A DNA stretch of 63,012 nucleotides, the filler included, from Octopus bimaculoides (lineage: Eukaryota), in NCBI RefSeq assembly GCF_001194135.2. It is 6 parts of 4 records of this genome, joined end to end, with 100 filler letters (N's around TTAATTAATTAA, not from the genome) between each part and the next. Parts side by side here need not be neighbours in the genome. Positions count along the whole stretch, not along the records: positions 39,539 to 52,975 come from NC_068993.1; positions 53,076 to 57,727 come from NC_068993.1; positions 57,828 to 63,012 come from NC_068989.1; 3 more parts are not named here. One strand, written 5' to 3'. Position numbers and translations under genes: made by a program. This document shows, piece after piece, positions 51,011 to 63,012 of this stretch (within the stretch, counting starts at the first letter, position 1; every line of letters begins with the position of its first letter). The notes below the pieces were generated by a model. It did not search any database, was not told where the DNA came from, and was given only the letters and a program-made list of their open reading frames with translations.

Positions 51011-53507
51011 AGCAAGTGTGGTCGCCATTTACGCTCTGAGTTCAAATTCCACCTATGTCGACCTCGCTTTCCTCTTTCTTAAAGAAATAGATAAAATTAT
51101 TATTTTTTTTTTAAATACCTCAATCAGTTTAAACTCCCCTAAAATTTCTGCTTCTGATCTGTATTAGCATTCCATAGTTTATTGATTCTGTTTAAGTCCA
51201 TAACTGTGTTCCTCAGTTCACTTCTCTAAAATAATCAACCCCTACTTGAAATATATCTCATTATTTAAATTTGCAATCATTTTTTTTTTCACAGCATTGA
51301 CTCGTAGGATCTAGGAAACCGTTTTGCTGACTGGAACATTTGGTAAATATGTATCTTTCCTTCTACAAATGACCAAATATAACCAAAAGTCAAATGAGGA
51401 AGGATCGTCCTATTTTTGACTTGTTTACATCAAGACTAATGGTGGAAAATGATAAAGGATCCTCAAACAACGCGTGTACTCGTTTATAACCTGTTAAAGG
51501 TACACACTGAAAGGACCGACATGGCCACTTTAATCTTTCATTCCCTGAAATCAACACCCAACACATAAATACAGCCTCTAATTGATTATTTCTTCCCAAA
51601 GTCCTCATTAAATCAAACCTTAATTACTATAACTCCTACTTACATAACTTGGAATTCCTTTATGTTTATTATAATAAGTATTTTAAAACGTTATCCTGGA
51701 TAACTTTCTGTCAATGAAATGATATGTTGACTACAGTGAGCTAAAACGCGTTCTGGTAGCCGGAAATGAATCTTTGCAGGAAGATTAACGGATGTGTAGT
51801 TTCCTTTGAAATTCCCAACATAACTCTCGCTTTCAGCTGGTCTTTTCAACGTGCACCAATAACCATGAGTTTTCAGTCGGACATAATGACTTATTTATTT
51901 GTCAGAGAGAATAATGGGATGTCGTTACCTTCACGCTTTCCTTGTAGTGAGGGAGGGAGTGTTAATATGGATTAAGAGAGATTGAATTAAAGGTTCGGAG
52001 TAAGTTTGCAACAGGAAAGCAAAAAATTGTATGATGATGTATGAGTGTGCGAGTGAATGTATATGTGTATGGTGTGTGCGTGCATATATGAATGTGACAC
52101 AAATGCGCGTGTCTGTTTGTGCATCTTTCATATATGAACATAGGCGAAATGTGTGAACACGATAGAGAAAATAGATTAATCGGTGCTTTACAAATGAAAT
52201 ATTTTGTGTTATTTGCAGAAGCTGTTGATTGGTTGCTAGTTTTCGTCTTTGTGTTATCTTCTACAGTATTTCCTCATCCGTCAATTGAGTGACATTTCCG
52301 TGACGGTAATCAGAGCCAGGTAACAAAAAAAATTACAAGTAGTTCAGAGTTTCATAAAAGTGCATAATATATTTAATGAAAATGCGTTCTGTTAGATGGT
52401 TATTTAATTTGCTTTATTGAAGAAATTAGTTTCAACATGACTACAATGGTGGCGGTGAGAATTGATTACCAAACTAATAGTAATGAACGGGCCTGAAGGA
52501 AAAATAAACTGTTAATCACATCTTGTATATTGGGAACAATTTCCCAATTAGTAGCAACATTTCCAGCAGCAGTAAAACTAATAGCAACACTTCAAGTAGG
52601 AAGCCTTTACATTGCTACTCGATCTACATGAAATGATTATCAAATTTTCTTCCAAGCGACATTAGACGGATATGACTCAAATGAATGTAGACTTTCACAC
52701 CCTCAAAAAATGGTCATGTTTGGAATGTCATTAGTCTGCTTCTGGTTTCCGGCCAGATGCAAGACAGCTGCAGTTGCTCCACGAATATTTATCGCAACTT
52801 TTGAAAATCAAAGAAGTCTTTCAAAATTAAAAAATAAAATATCTAAACGAATTCTCACATAATGTCCAACTCGCTACTTCACAAGATGCAATACTGGAAA
52901 GATCCCCGGACACAGTAAAGGCGGTGTTGAAACCCATAAAAGAAAAAAGATATATATATGTATGTATATATATATNNNNNNNNNNNNNNNNNNNNNNNNN
53001 NNNNNNNNNNNNNNNNNNNTTAATTAATTAANNNNNNNNNNNNNNNNNNNNNNNNNNNNNNNNNNNNNNNNNNNNTATATATTGTTTGTATAGATGTTTA
53101 TCGAAAGGTTCAATAGATTAATACGTTTAAGCCTAGATCGATGACGTAGTAATAATGTATAATATAATAGGTTATTTCTTATTCATACTAACATTCACGC
53201 AAACACAGAGAAACACACACACACACACACACACATGTGGCAAGTTTGAATGGAATATTCGTCTTGTGATTCGCGTTTCACTCTGTTGCATATACGGGCG
53301 TGAGTATATATTCTATTAACGATTTCAAGTTTTGGTACAAGGCCAGCAAATTCGGGGTAGAGGCAAGTCGATTACATCGACCCCAGTACGCAACTGGTAC
53401 TTATTTTATCTACTGCGAAAGAATGAAAGGCAAGGTCGACTTCAGCGGAATTTGAACTCAGAACATAAAGACAGTCTTAATACCGCTAAAGATTTTGCCA
53501 GTTCGCC

Positions 53508-53551
<44 letters not shown>

Positions 53552-55052
53552 TAGTACTACATTCATCCCAATTATTTTACTAAAAGATTATTCATAAGTA
53601 TACGGTGTTGATTACACATTTTCTTTTGTGTCACTTATACTATATCACACACACACACATACACACACACACACACACACACGCACACACACACACACAC
53701 ATATTGCTCTGTGCATGAAGTAGTTTTAATATGTATTGTAAAACAGTCAGTGAATTTATTTTGCCATCGCTTAGTATCATGTATTCATGTACACGAAATA
53801 TGTGGTCACGATCGTATATATATGTGTGTGTGTGTGTGCGTGTGTTTATACATCATTGCTCGGTGATTCCAATAGAGTCAAAACGTGGAATATAAATTTC
53901 CTTATTACAGGCTTCACGCACCTTTAGGTATAGGCGGGTCTGTCCAACCAGTAAGTCATCTCGCAACCAAAGTTCTATTATTCTACCAAATTTATTACTT
54001 CTTATAAGCAGTGTGTGCCTTTGTGCATGAAGAGCTTAGGAAATCAACCTTCAAGACCCTCAGATGTTAGTGAGTGGAAATAAATGAATCCATAATATAA
54101 ATTCATTTCGTAATATTCTACATGATTTAGTCTTTGTAAATGAAAACTGCAAATGTTCTCCATAAACACAGAATCCATACTGAATGTCCAAAAAGAATCT
54201 CCATACAGAATCCCTGCAACTGTGAAGTGAAGCTAAGGAAATCTATGAAAACGTTTACCGTCCTCACTTTGTTCTGTTTTACATAAATGTGCACATCTAT
54301 AGAGATTGAAATTCGAAAAATTCAGCCCTTCCCCACAGGATTTCTCACCTTGAGGATATAGAAACGGAAATTGAGATTGTCGTTTATATGAGAGATGTTA
54401 TATTTAAAGGAGTTAAGGAGAATGTATACTAGCTCCCGGTGAAAATGTCTGTGGCAATCTATTCAGTTACGTGGTTGTATATGTTTCTAGTTTCAGAAGA
54501 TACTTTCCAAAGTGACAGCATTTAGTGAAGATCTATGACCTGACACTTAAATAATCAGAAAATATTGGAATACACATGAGTTTCAATAAATGTGCGGTTG
54601 CACGAACGCTTGTGAATTTTAGGTTTTTCTTTCGTCAGATAATTATTTAGGACGTCGTTCGGTAATATGAAACGCATAATTATTAGTTATTAGCAGTAAG
54701 ACACGATATTTTAATAAATATGTAAACTTTACTATATACATGAAGTAGTCTGGTTTCGTGTGGGGTTACGACTGTAATAGAATATATATGTGTGTGCGTG
54801 TATATATATGTGTGTGTGTGAGTGGTTGTTTGTATATGTGTGTGTATGGATGTTTATTTATATATGTATGTATATCTGTATACATATGCATGTAAATATG
54901 TATTTCTGTGTACACATAGAGGCATGTTTGCACACATTTTCACACCTATACACGCGAACAAACAGATGCCTACGTATACAGATATACACTCACACACATA
55001 CGAATATACATCTATACATACACGTATACATACGCACAGAGAGACACACACA

Positions 55053-55122
<70 letters not shown>

Positions 55123-55752
55123 TAGTGTGTGTCTGTGTCTGTATAATGTAATTCCGGAGATAGTTAGTTTAAGAGTGTGGTGTTAAAAACGAGCGTGTGC
55201 ATTGTGTGAGAAAAGGGGGTGAAGTATTTGAGTTCTTTAATAACAGCTGTTGAAAGTAGATTTTCTTAATATTCGTTGGTCAGACAATAGAAAAATTCAC
55301 ACTTGCACGTTGCCCTTAAAAACACACGGCTCCCTTTTACGTCTCTCCCCTTCTCTCTTTCTTTCTCCGTGTCCTGACTTTTCTTTTCTTCAGATCAAAC
55401 CATGAATCTCTCTCCGGTTGCCTCTCTCTTTCTCTGTCTCAGACACCCTCTGTTTATTGCTGTTTTCTCTTTACTCTCTTTCTCTGTTTTTTTTTGTTCC
55501 TCTCTGTCTTTGTTTCACTCTATCTTCGTTTCTCCATTCCTCTTCCCTTGTTTGTTTGTTTCTTTCTTTCGTTTTCTCTTTCTGGTTTTCTTCCTTTCTT
55601 TGTCTTTCTCCTCCAGTTCTTCAACCACACACACACACACATCATCCCCCCTCTCTCTCTCTTTCTTCCTCTCTTGCCATGTTTCTCTCTTTCTGTCTCT
55701 CTGTTTCTCTACCTCTACCTCGCTTTCTCACAATCTCCCCAGACTCTCTCTA

Positions 55753-55787
<35 letters not shown>

Positions 55788-56303
55788 TTCTCTCTCTCTC
55801 TCTCTATCTCTCTCTCTCCGCTTCTGAAAACCTGTTCCAAATGGCTTAGTCTCCTCCCACTTTCCCTATCTCTCCGCCTCTCCCTCTCTCTACCTCTCTC
55901 TCTCTCTCACTCTCTCACTCTCTCTCTCTCTCTCACTCTCTCTCAGTCTCTCTCACTCTCTCTCTCCCTCTCTCTCACTCTCTCTCACTCTCTCTCTTCC
56001 CCCCATTTCTTTCTCCGTGTGTGTGTCTCTCTCTCTCTATCTACTTCTATTCGTTCGCTGTTATACTGATATGTTTACTGATATAAGTCTTTGAAAGAAA
56101 AGACCGTGTGAAAAGAAGTCGTGTATTTCAGCATACAGCCAGGCACCCTCACACACCCGTATCGATATACGTTCACACCCATCAACATTTACAACACATA
56201 TACGCATTGATACGAATACATACATGCATACATAGATATTTACATACACATACGTACACACACACACACACACACATATATGTATATATATGTGCATATA
56301 AAA

Positions 56304-56337
<34 letters not shown>

Positions 56338-56701
56338 NNNNNNNNNNNNNNNNNNNNNNNNNNNNNNNNNNNNNNNNNNNNNNNNNNNNNNNNNNNNNNN
56401 NNNNNNNNNNNNNNNNNNNNNNNNNNNNNNNNNNNNNNNNNNNNNNNNNNNNNNNNNNNNNNNNNNNNNNNNNNNNNNNNNNNNNNNNNNNNNNNNNNNN
56501 NNNNNNNNNNNNNNNNNNNNNNNNNNNNNNNNNNNNNNNNNNNNNNNNNNNNNNNNNNNNNNNNNNNNNNNNNNNNNNNNNNNNNNNNNNNNNNNNNNNN
56601 NNNNNNNNNNNNNNNNNNNNNNNNNNNNNNNNNNNNNNNNNNNNNNNNNNNNNNNNNNNNNNNNNNNNNNNNNNNNNNNNNNNNNNNNNNNNNNNNNNNN
56701 N

Positions 56702-56737
<36 letters not shown>

Positions 56738-57240
56738 TATACATACATGCATTCATACATACATAAAAACATATATATGCATAAACATACGTGTGTCTGT
56801 GTATATACATACATACATACATACAAACACACACACACGCACACACACATATGTATACACATACACATGCTAGACACAAGTATTTCACACACACGTTTAT
56901 GTATAAGCAAGTGTGTGCGTTTACGTCTGTATGTATAGAGTGTCTGTGAATGTTTGTGTTTGCGTGTGTGTGTGTGTTTGCGCACGCGCCCAGTGATATC
57001 CAGTCAACTGGATTTTGGCCACGCTGGGGCATTGCCTTTTCAGGTTACAATATCGCGTGTAATGCGTTTCACAGAGTTTGGATATGACTTGGCAATTCCA
57101 CAATTTGACAGCTTTTATTTCCACGTAAAGGTACACACCGAAATTAATGCGCATGCACTTATACACACAGAAGCAAATGTATACGCCTGTAAAACAATAT
57201 GGTGTGATTTGGTATGAAATTATATACATACATATATATG

Positions 57241-57295
<55 letters not shown>

Positions 57296-57550
57296 ACATA
57301 TATGTATATATGTACACATGCATACTTATATACATTTATATATATATATACGCACACATGTATATATATATATATACACACACACAAAAAGATACATATA
57401 AGTATATATATGCATATATGTAAATACATATGTATATATAAGATATATATGTATAAATATGTATACATACATATATATATACATATATACATACATACAT
57501 AAATATGTGTGTGTATATATATATGTACAGAGAGTAAGACAGACACGTAT

Positions 57551-57596
<46 letters not shown>

Positions 57597-57934
57597 TGAG
57601 AGGTTGGTAGATAGATATATGTGTACAGACGTACACATATGACTTATTAGTCGTGAATCTACTGCTCCGTGTTTCGGGCGAAATGCTTAACGGTATTTCG
57701 TCTGTCTTAACGTTCTGAGTTCAAATTNNNNNNNNNNNNNNNNNNNNNNNNNNNNNNNNNNNNNNNNNNNNTTAATTAATTAANNNNNNNNNNNNNNNNN
57801 NNNNNNNNNNNNNNNNNNNNNNNNNNNAATTAGGACGAAAGCTGCCGTGAATTAGCTCCAAGAAGCCATCGCCTCTAGCTAGCTATGTGACACACGAACC
57901 TGTGTCCTTTATAACCTTCGAACAGGGGAGGTAT

Positions 57935-58195
57935 ACGTTAAGTTACGGTGTACGTAAACACGGCATCGGTTGTCAAGCAATGTTGGGGGAACAAACACAG
58001 ACACACAAACACATACACACACATACACATACCTATATACGACGGGCTTCTTTAAGTTTCCGTCTACCAAATCCACTCACAAGGCTTTGGTCGGCCCGAG
58101 GCAATAGTAGAAAACACTTGCCCAAGGTGCCACGCAGTGGGACTAAACCCGAACCATGTGGTTGGTAAGCAAGCTACTTACCACACACCCCACCC
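57935..58195 (-). mobile_element. Octopus-type SINE (another copy, on +, at about 58700-58855)
   Basis: Family consensus match. Confidence 0.85.
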
Positions 58196-58666
58196 CTATA
58201 TATACACATATATATGTAATAACATAAATAATATATAAATATATGCATATATCCATACATATGTGTACATACCTACATATATATGTATACTTACATGCAT
58301 ATATGGGTACAGAGCATTACAAAAAACGTTAAACACAATGAGAAATGAAAACATAAAGACGCAGACAGAAAACGAACTGTTTTTCGAACAACGAAAAAAA
58401 AACAGAGAAATGAGACATGCAACAAAAAAGAATATTTCCCTTCTTCAGTTGTCCCTGATCCATGTACTCCGTGTTTCGAAGGCAAGGACGATACGCGACT
58501 TCGTTGGAACAGTCCTTACACGCAAAGCAAATTGATTAAATTTGGAATTTTTTACGGAGGGTGAAAGTGTAAACAAGAACAGGACAGTGAGAACAAGACA
58601 GTAAAAGACAGTAAGTGAAACAAGACAGAACAGTGAAAACAAACGCCAAGACGATAGAAAAATTAT

Positions 58667-58699
<33 letters not shown>

Positions 58700-58881
58700 A
58701 CGTGTGGTGAGGAGCTTGCTTACTAACCACATGCATCTGGGATTCAGTCCTACTGCGTGCTTTGTTGAGCAAATGTCTTCTACTATAGCTTCGGGCCGAC
58801 CAAAGCTCTGTGAGTTGATTTGATAGACGGAAACTGAAAGAAACCCGTCGTATGTATATATATATATACATTATATATATT

Positions 58882-58930
<49 letters not shown>

Positions 58931-58970
58931 GGTCTGATAGGAGTGAATGGTTCAGTTTTATCGTCAATAT

Positions 58971-59009
<39 letters not shown>

Positions 59010-59364
59010 CTATAGAAATATAAGGAGCAAAAATACTGGAGATTCAGTAAACAACACGTGGTAAAAATTATGAGTTGAAAATATGTAAATAAACATGAAG
59101 AAAAATGTCTTCGTTTCACATAGTTTAATATTTTTTCATATAAATATATACATATTATATGGGTTTTGTAAAATCCAACCGCTTTCCGCTATTTAAATTA
59201 GCTTTTCAAGTGTCATTGTATAGTGATTAATGATTAATTCGCATGATGAAGGGGTTTCGCCATCTTGGCTGTTTGAAAAATAAGGAAGGATTTAGAGAGT
59301 GAACCAAGGGAGGTAATGGGTGTCAAGGAGGATAAGTGATTCCTTAAAATAGTTTATTTAAGGT

Positions 59365-59689
59365 TGTCAGATTTGAATATTGAGGTGTGGTTTATATTTT
59401 TGAATGAATAAATTCTCTTTATTTAGTCGTTCTTGCACTGAAATTGAATCTTTGCACTGGTAAAGGGGGAAGATAAGGAACTTCGGCGTTTTATCACCTG
59501 CGCATCTGTCAATATGTGCGCTCAGTGCAATTTGCCTGTACTGCGGGAAGCGAATCTGTTCCTTATGCACCGTGACTCAGCGTCTCAAAGAAAGGCTCGT
59601 TTGGCCTACATAGTTATGGCCACAACCTGAGCAGGTTAGGACATAGATAAGGTTGTGGGAGGGACATGTGAAGTTAGTTTTTATTGAGA

Positions 59690-59690
<1 letters not shown>
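59365..59690 (-). pseudogene. PLE GIY-YIG C-terminal fragment
   Basis: NFTCPSHNLIYVLTCSGCGHNYVGQT..MHKEQIRFPQYRQI..ENLFIQKYKPHLNI. Confidence 0.9.
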
Positions 59691-59729
<39 letters not shown>

Positions 59730-60109
59730 TTGCGTGTCTGTATTTCTCCCCCCACACTATCACTTGACAACCGTTCCTGGTATGTTTACATCCTTTTAGC
59801 GTAGCGGTTTCGCAAAAGAGATCGATAGAATAAGTCCCGGAGTCGGTTTGCTCGATTAAAAACCGTGCCCCAGCATAGCCGCAGTCAAATGACTAGAATA
59901 AGTAAAAGAATATATATAACTATATATATATACATTATATGTATATATACATATATATATATGAAAATATGTATATGTATGTATGTATGTATACATGCAT
60001 GCATGTATGTATGTATGTATGTATGTATGTATGTGTGTGTGTGTGTATGTATTAATGAATGAATGTATGGAAAAGATATGTAAGTCACATCTACCCAGAA
60101 AAATTTAAA

Positions 60110-60350
60110 TATCATTCTTCAGAATATCTGATTCAAACCAGTGTCGTTGTATAGATCGAGTACAGCACGGATTTGTGAAGAAACTAGAAGGTGCATACAC
60201 TAAAATGCTTAGAATAGTACAAAACACTAACTGATGACAACGTATTACAAATGAAAGTTTATATAGGCAGATCAACGACGTGTGAACATTTGCAAACAAC
60301 TACTAGCGTATCCTCCAGATGAAAAATAGATCTATTGTCGTAATTTTAAT
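60110..60350 (+). mobile_element. RTE LINE remnant
   Basis: SVVV(Y)RSS..KKLEGAYTKMLRIVQN..ITNESLY. Confidence 0.55.
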
Positions 60351-60399
60351 AAGAGAAATCTGTGGTTTCCCGTCTTCAGAGCCTGTTGTCAAACAAGGG

Positions 60400-60970
60400 T
60401 GGTTTGAAAAAAAGGTTATACTGTGTGTTTAGGGGAATTTCGGAGGTGCATTGTACTCTAAACTTGTCCTAGATGCTCATGTTGAGAACGCTAACATCGA
60501 ATCTCAACAAATGCAGCGATTATATGACACTTTGAAAGCTTGCTACCTGACAGTGGTCAAGCGAAGGCGCGTAGTACTATAGCATGACGATGCCCCAACG
60601 TACACAGCCAATGTGTCCAAGCGCGAAATTGAGAAACATAAGGGGTTGGAAGCCCTGCCTCATTCTGCCTATAGTCCAGATCTTGCATCAACGGGTTACC
60701 ACTTTTCCCAAGCTATGGTTCATTTCCTGCACGGACGCTGGTTGAAAAATGTAGATGAGGTTGAAAACGGGTACAGAGATTTTTAAAATGTTTATGCTTC
60801 TAAACCAGCTAAATATTATAAGTGTGGAATACAGATTTTGGCACGACGATGACGACTGACAATAAAATATGATTTGATATGTTTTGATGAATAAACGCTT
60901 TTCCTGTGTAATTTGTTCGAACTATTTATTCAAGCTTGAAAGAGGAAAAAAAATGTTCAATAAACCTGGT
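60400..60970 (+). pseudogene. Mariner transposase C-terminal half
   Basis: KVILCV..HDDAP..LPHSAYSPDLAS..YH..FASKP..YKCGI..LARR. Confidence 0.85.
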
Positions 60971-61864
60971 ATATACAGATAGAGAGAATCCGAAAGAGAT
61001 ACATGTACGTATGTATGCTAACACTATGCGAAAACTACGAATACATATACTAATATATATATGTGTGTGTGTTTTTGTGTGTGTGTGTGTTTGTGTGTGT
61101 GTGTGCGTGTATCTATATCGATATATGCACACACACATACACGCACACTAATATAATATATATATATATACATATTTATATGTATACATATATACACATA
61201 ACTATATATATATATGCATATATATATGTATATACATATACATATATACATATAAAACCATTCACACACATTATATATATATATATANNNNNNNNNNNNN
61301 NNNNNNNNNNNNNNNNNNNNNNNNNNNNNNNNNNNNNNNNNNNNNNNNNNNNNNNNNNNNNNNNNNNNNNNNNNNNNNNNNNNNNNNNNNNNNNNNNNNN
61401 NNNNNNNNNNNNNNNNNNNNNNNNNNNNNNNNNNNNNNNNNNNNNNNNNNNNNNNNNNNNNNNNNNNNNNNNNNNNNNNNNNNNNNNNNNNNNNNNNNNN
61501 NNNNNNNNNNNNNNNNNNNNNNNNNNNNNNNNNNNNNNNNNNNNNNNNNNNNNNNNNNNNNNNNNNNNNNNNNNNNNNNNNNNNNNNNNNNNNNNNNNNN
61601 NNNNNNNNNNNNNNNNNNNNNNNNNNNNNNNNNNNNNNNNNNNNNNNNNNNNNNNNNNNNNNNNNNNNNNNNNNNNNNNNNNNNNNNNNNNNNNNNNNNN
61701 NNNNNNNNNNNNNNNNNNNNNNNNNNNNNNNNNNNNNNNNNNNNNNNNNNNNNNNNNNNNNNNNNNNNNNNNNNNNNNNNNNNNNNNNNNNNNNNNNNNN
61801 NNNNNNNNNNNNNNNNNNNNNNNNNNNNNNNNNNNNNNNNNNNNNNNNNNNNNNNNNNNNNNNN

Positions 61865-61929
<65 letters not shown>

Positions 61930-62921
61930 CATATATGTTTATGTGCGTGTATGTATGTATGTATGTATGTATGTATGTAGATATGCAACAACACAAAGAG
62001 AGTGAAGCGAATAGGCACAGCAATGAATCACTGACAGTGAGACAACCACAATTAATAATACAGACAGACGTACTTTCCAAAAACATTAACGTTTTATCTA
62101 CCAACAAATGTTTCCGTGTGAATTTCTGTACTAAAGCCATTGAAAGTGAAACCGAAAAGAAAACAGTTCTGTTCAGTACGATATAGAGCAACGACCAGTC
62201 ATTTGGTTTATTTTGTTTGCTTTTAACGAATGGTTGAATGGGATATGATGGGGAGTGAGTGTGGAGATCTTAAAACCAGCAAAGAGATCAGACTTCTGTT
62301 GTGAACCTTCGACTCATTAATAAAATGGAACTAGTCAAGCATCTGTCTGTTCTTTATTCTCTGCTTAATCAAACAATAGGCAATCAATCGATATTGGAAG
62401 CGTGAAAGAGAAAACTAAATATTGTCTGTGTAACGTTTAGTATTCATGTCATTGGCAATCACTGTTAAAACATCTTTAACGTGGATTAGCTTTTTACCTA
62501 GCGTCCATCCCGAGCAGCGATATCACGCTTCATCGGCAGTTTGTCTGTATAAATCACTTCGTATAGTCATACATATATACACATATCTCATCATTACCAC
62601 CACTACTACTATCATCACTTAAACTATGGCATACAAACAGAGGTACGGAAACACAAATACACGCACACAAACACACACACTAACGCGCACACATACATAA
62701 ACTCAGAAGCATTTACACTCACTTGTGTATACGTTATGCATAAATGTACACAGAATCTTCCAAATATATATATATGTATATATGGATGGATGCATGGATG
62801 TGCGTATGCGCACATATGGATATGCGTTTCTGTTTCTTTGTGTGTGTGTGTGTATGTGTGTGTGTGTGTGTGTGCGTGTGTGTGTGTAATCATGATCGTC
62901 TGGATTATCATGTATTATCAT

Positions 62922-62924
<3 letters not shown>

Positions 62925-63012
<88 letters not shown>
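62925..63012. repeat. (ATT)n then (AGT)n microsatellite at the window end
   Basis: Direct reading. Confidence 0.95.

Noticed and set aside
57045-57131. Apparent exon VTISRVMRFTEFGYDLAIPQFDSFYFHVK
   Set aside because: The acceptor comes from an antisense SINE-tail remnant; no independent support.
22093-57783. Five TTAATTAATTAA islands within N runs
   Set aside because: Fixed-format assembly spacer (six-frame stop), not biological.
61935-62186. 83-aa ORF with non-repetitive second half
   Set aside because: Starts in a microsatellite, has no convincing splice signals and no recognisable motif.

Overview
AT-rich, microsatellite-dense, gappy animal genomic DNA. The SINE complement (tRNA-head/CORE-type SINEs, Meta-like SINEs) suggests an octopus draft assembly; this is an inference. 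I found no confidently identifiable host protein-coding gene, only weak candidate exons at 46-140 and 52267-52319. The window is mostly nested, decayed mobile DNA: Penelope-like elements (PLEs) of at least two lineages, RTE, CR1/L2-like, R4/Dong-like and Tx1/L1-like LINEs, a solo LTR, a Gypsy gag-protease fragment, DD37D, DD41D and mariner transposons, Helitron/Helentron pieces, and TTAA and hAT MITEs. The most notable signal is a set of ORF-less foldback (head-to-head inverted) cassettes from about five apparently unrelated sequence families. Their arms carry type-I hammerhead ribozyme motifs reading outward from the centre. One motif has a fully canonical core (48396-48483 +), one is near-perfect (46174-46220 +), and others are canonical only in the consensus of their copies. 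A separate PLE-tail family shows an A3-U8 core covariation. PLE-associated hammerheads are known. The recurrent inverted, ORF-less architecture here looks like a non-autonomous PLE/retrozyme-like system worth testing. All alignments were made by eye; no searches or folding programs were run.
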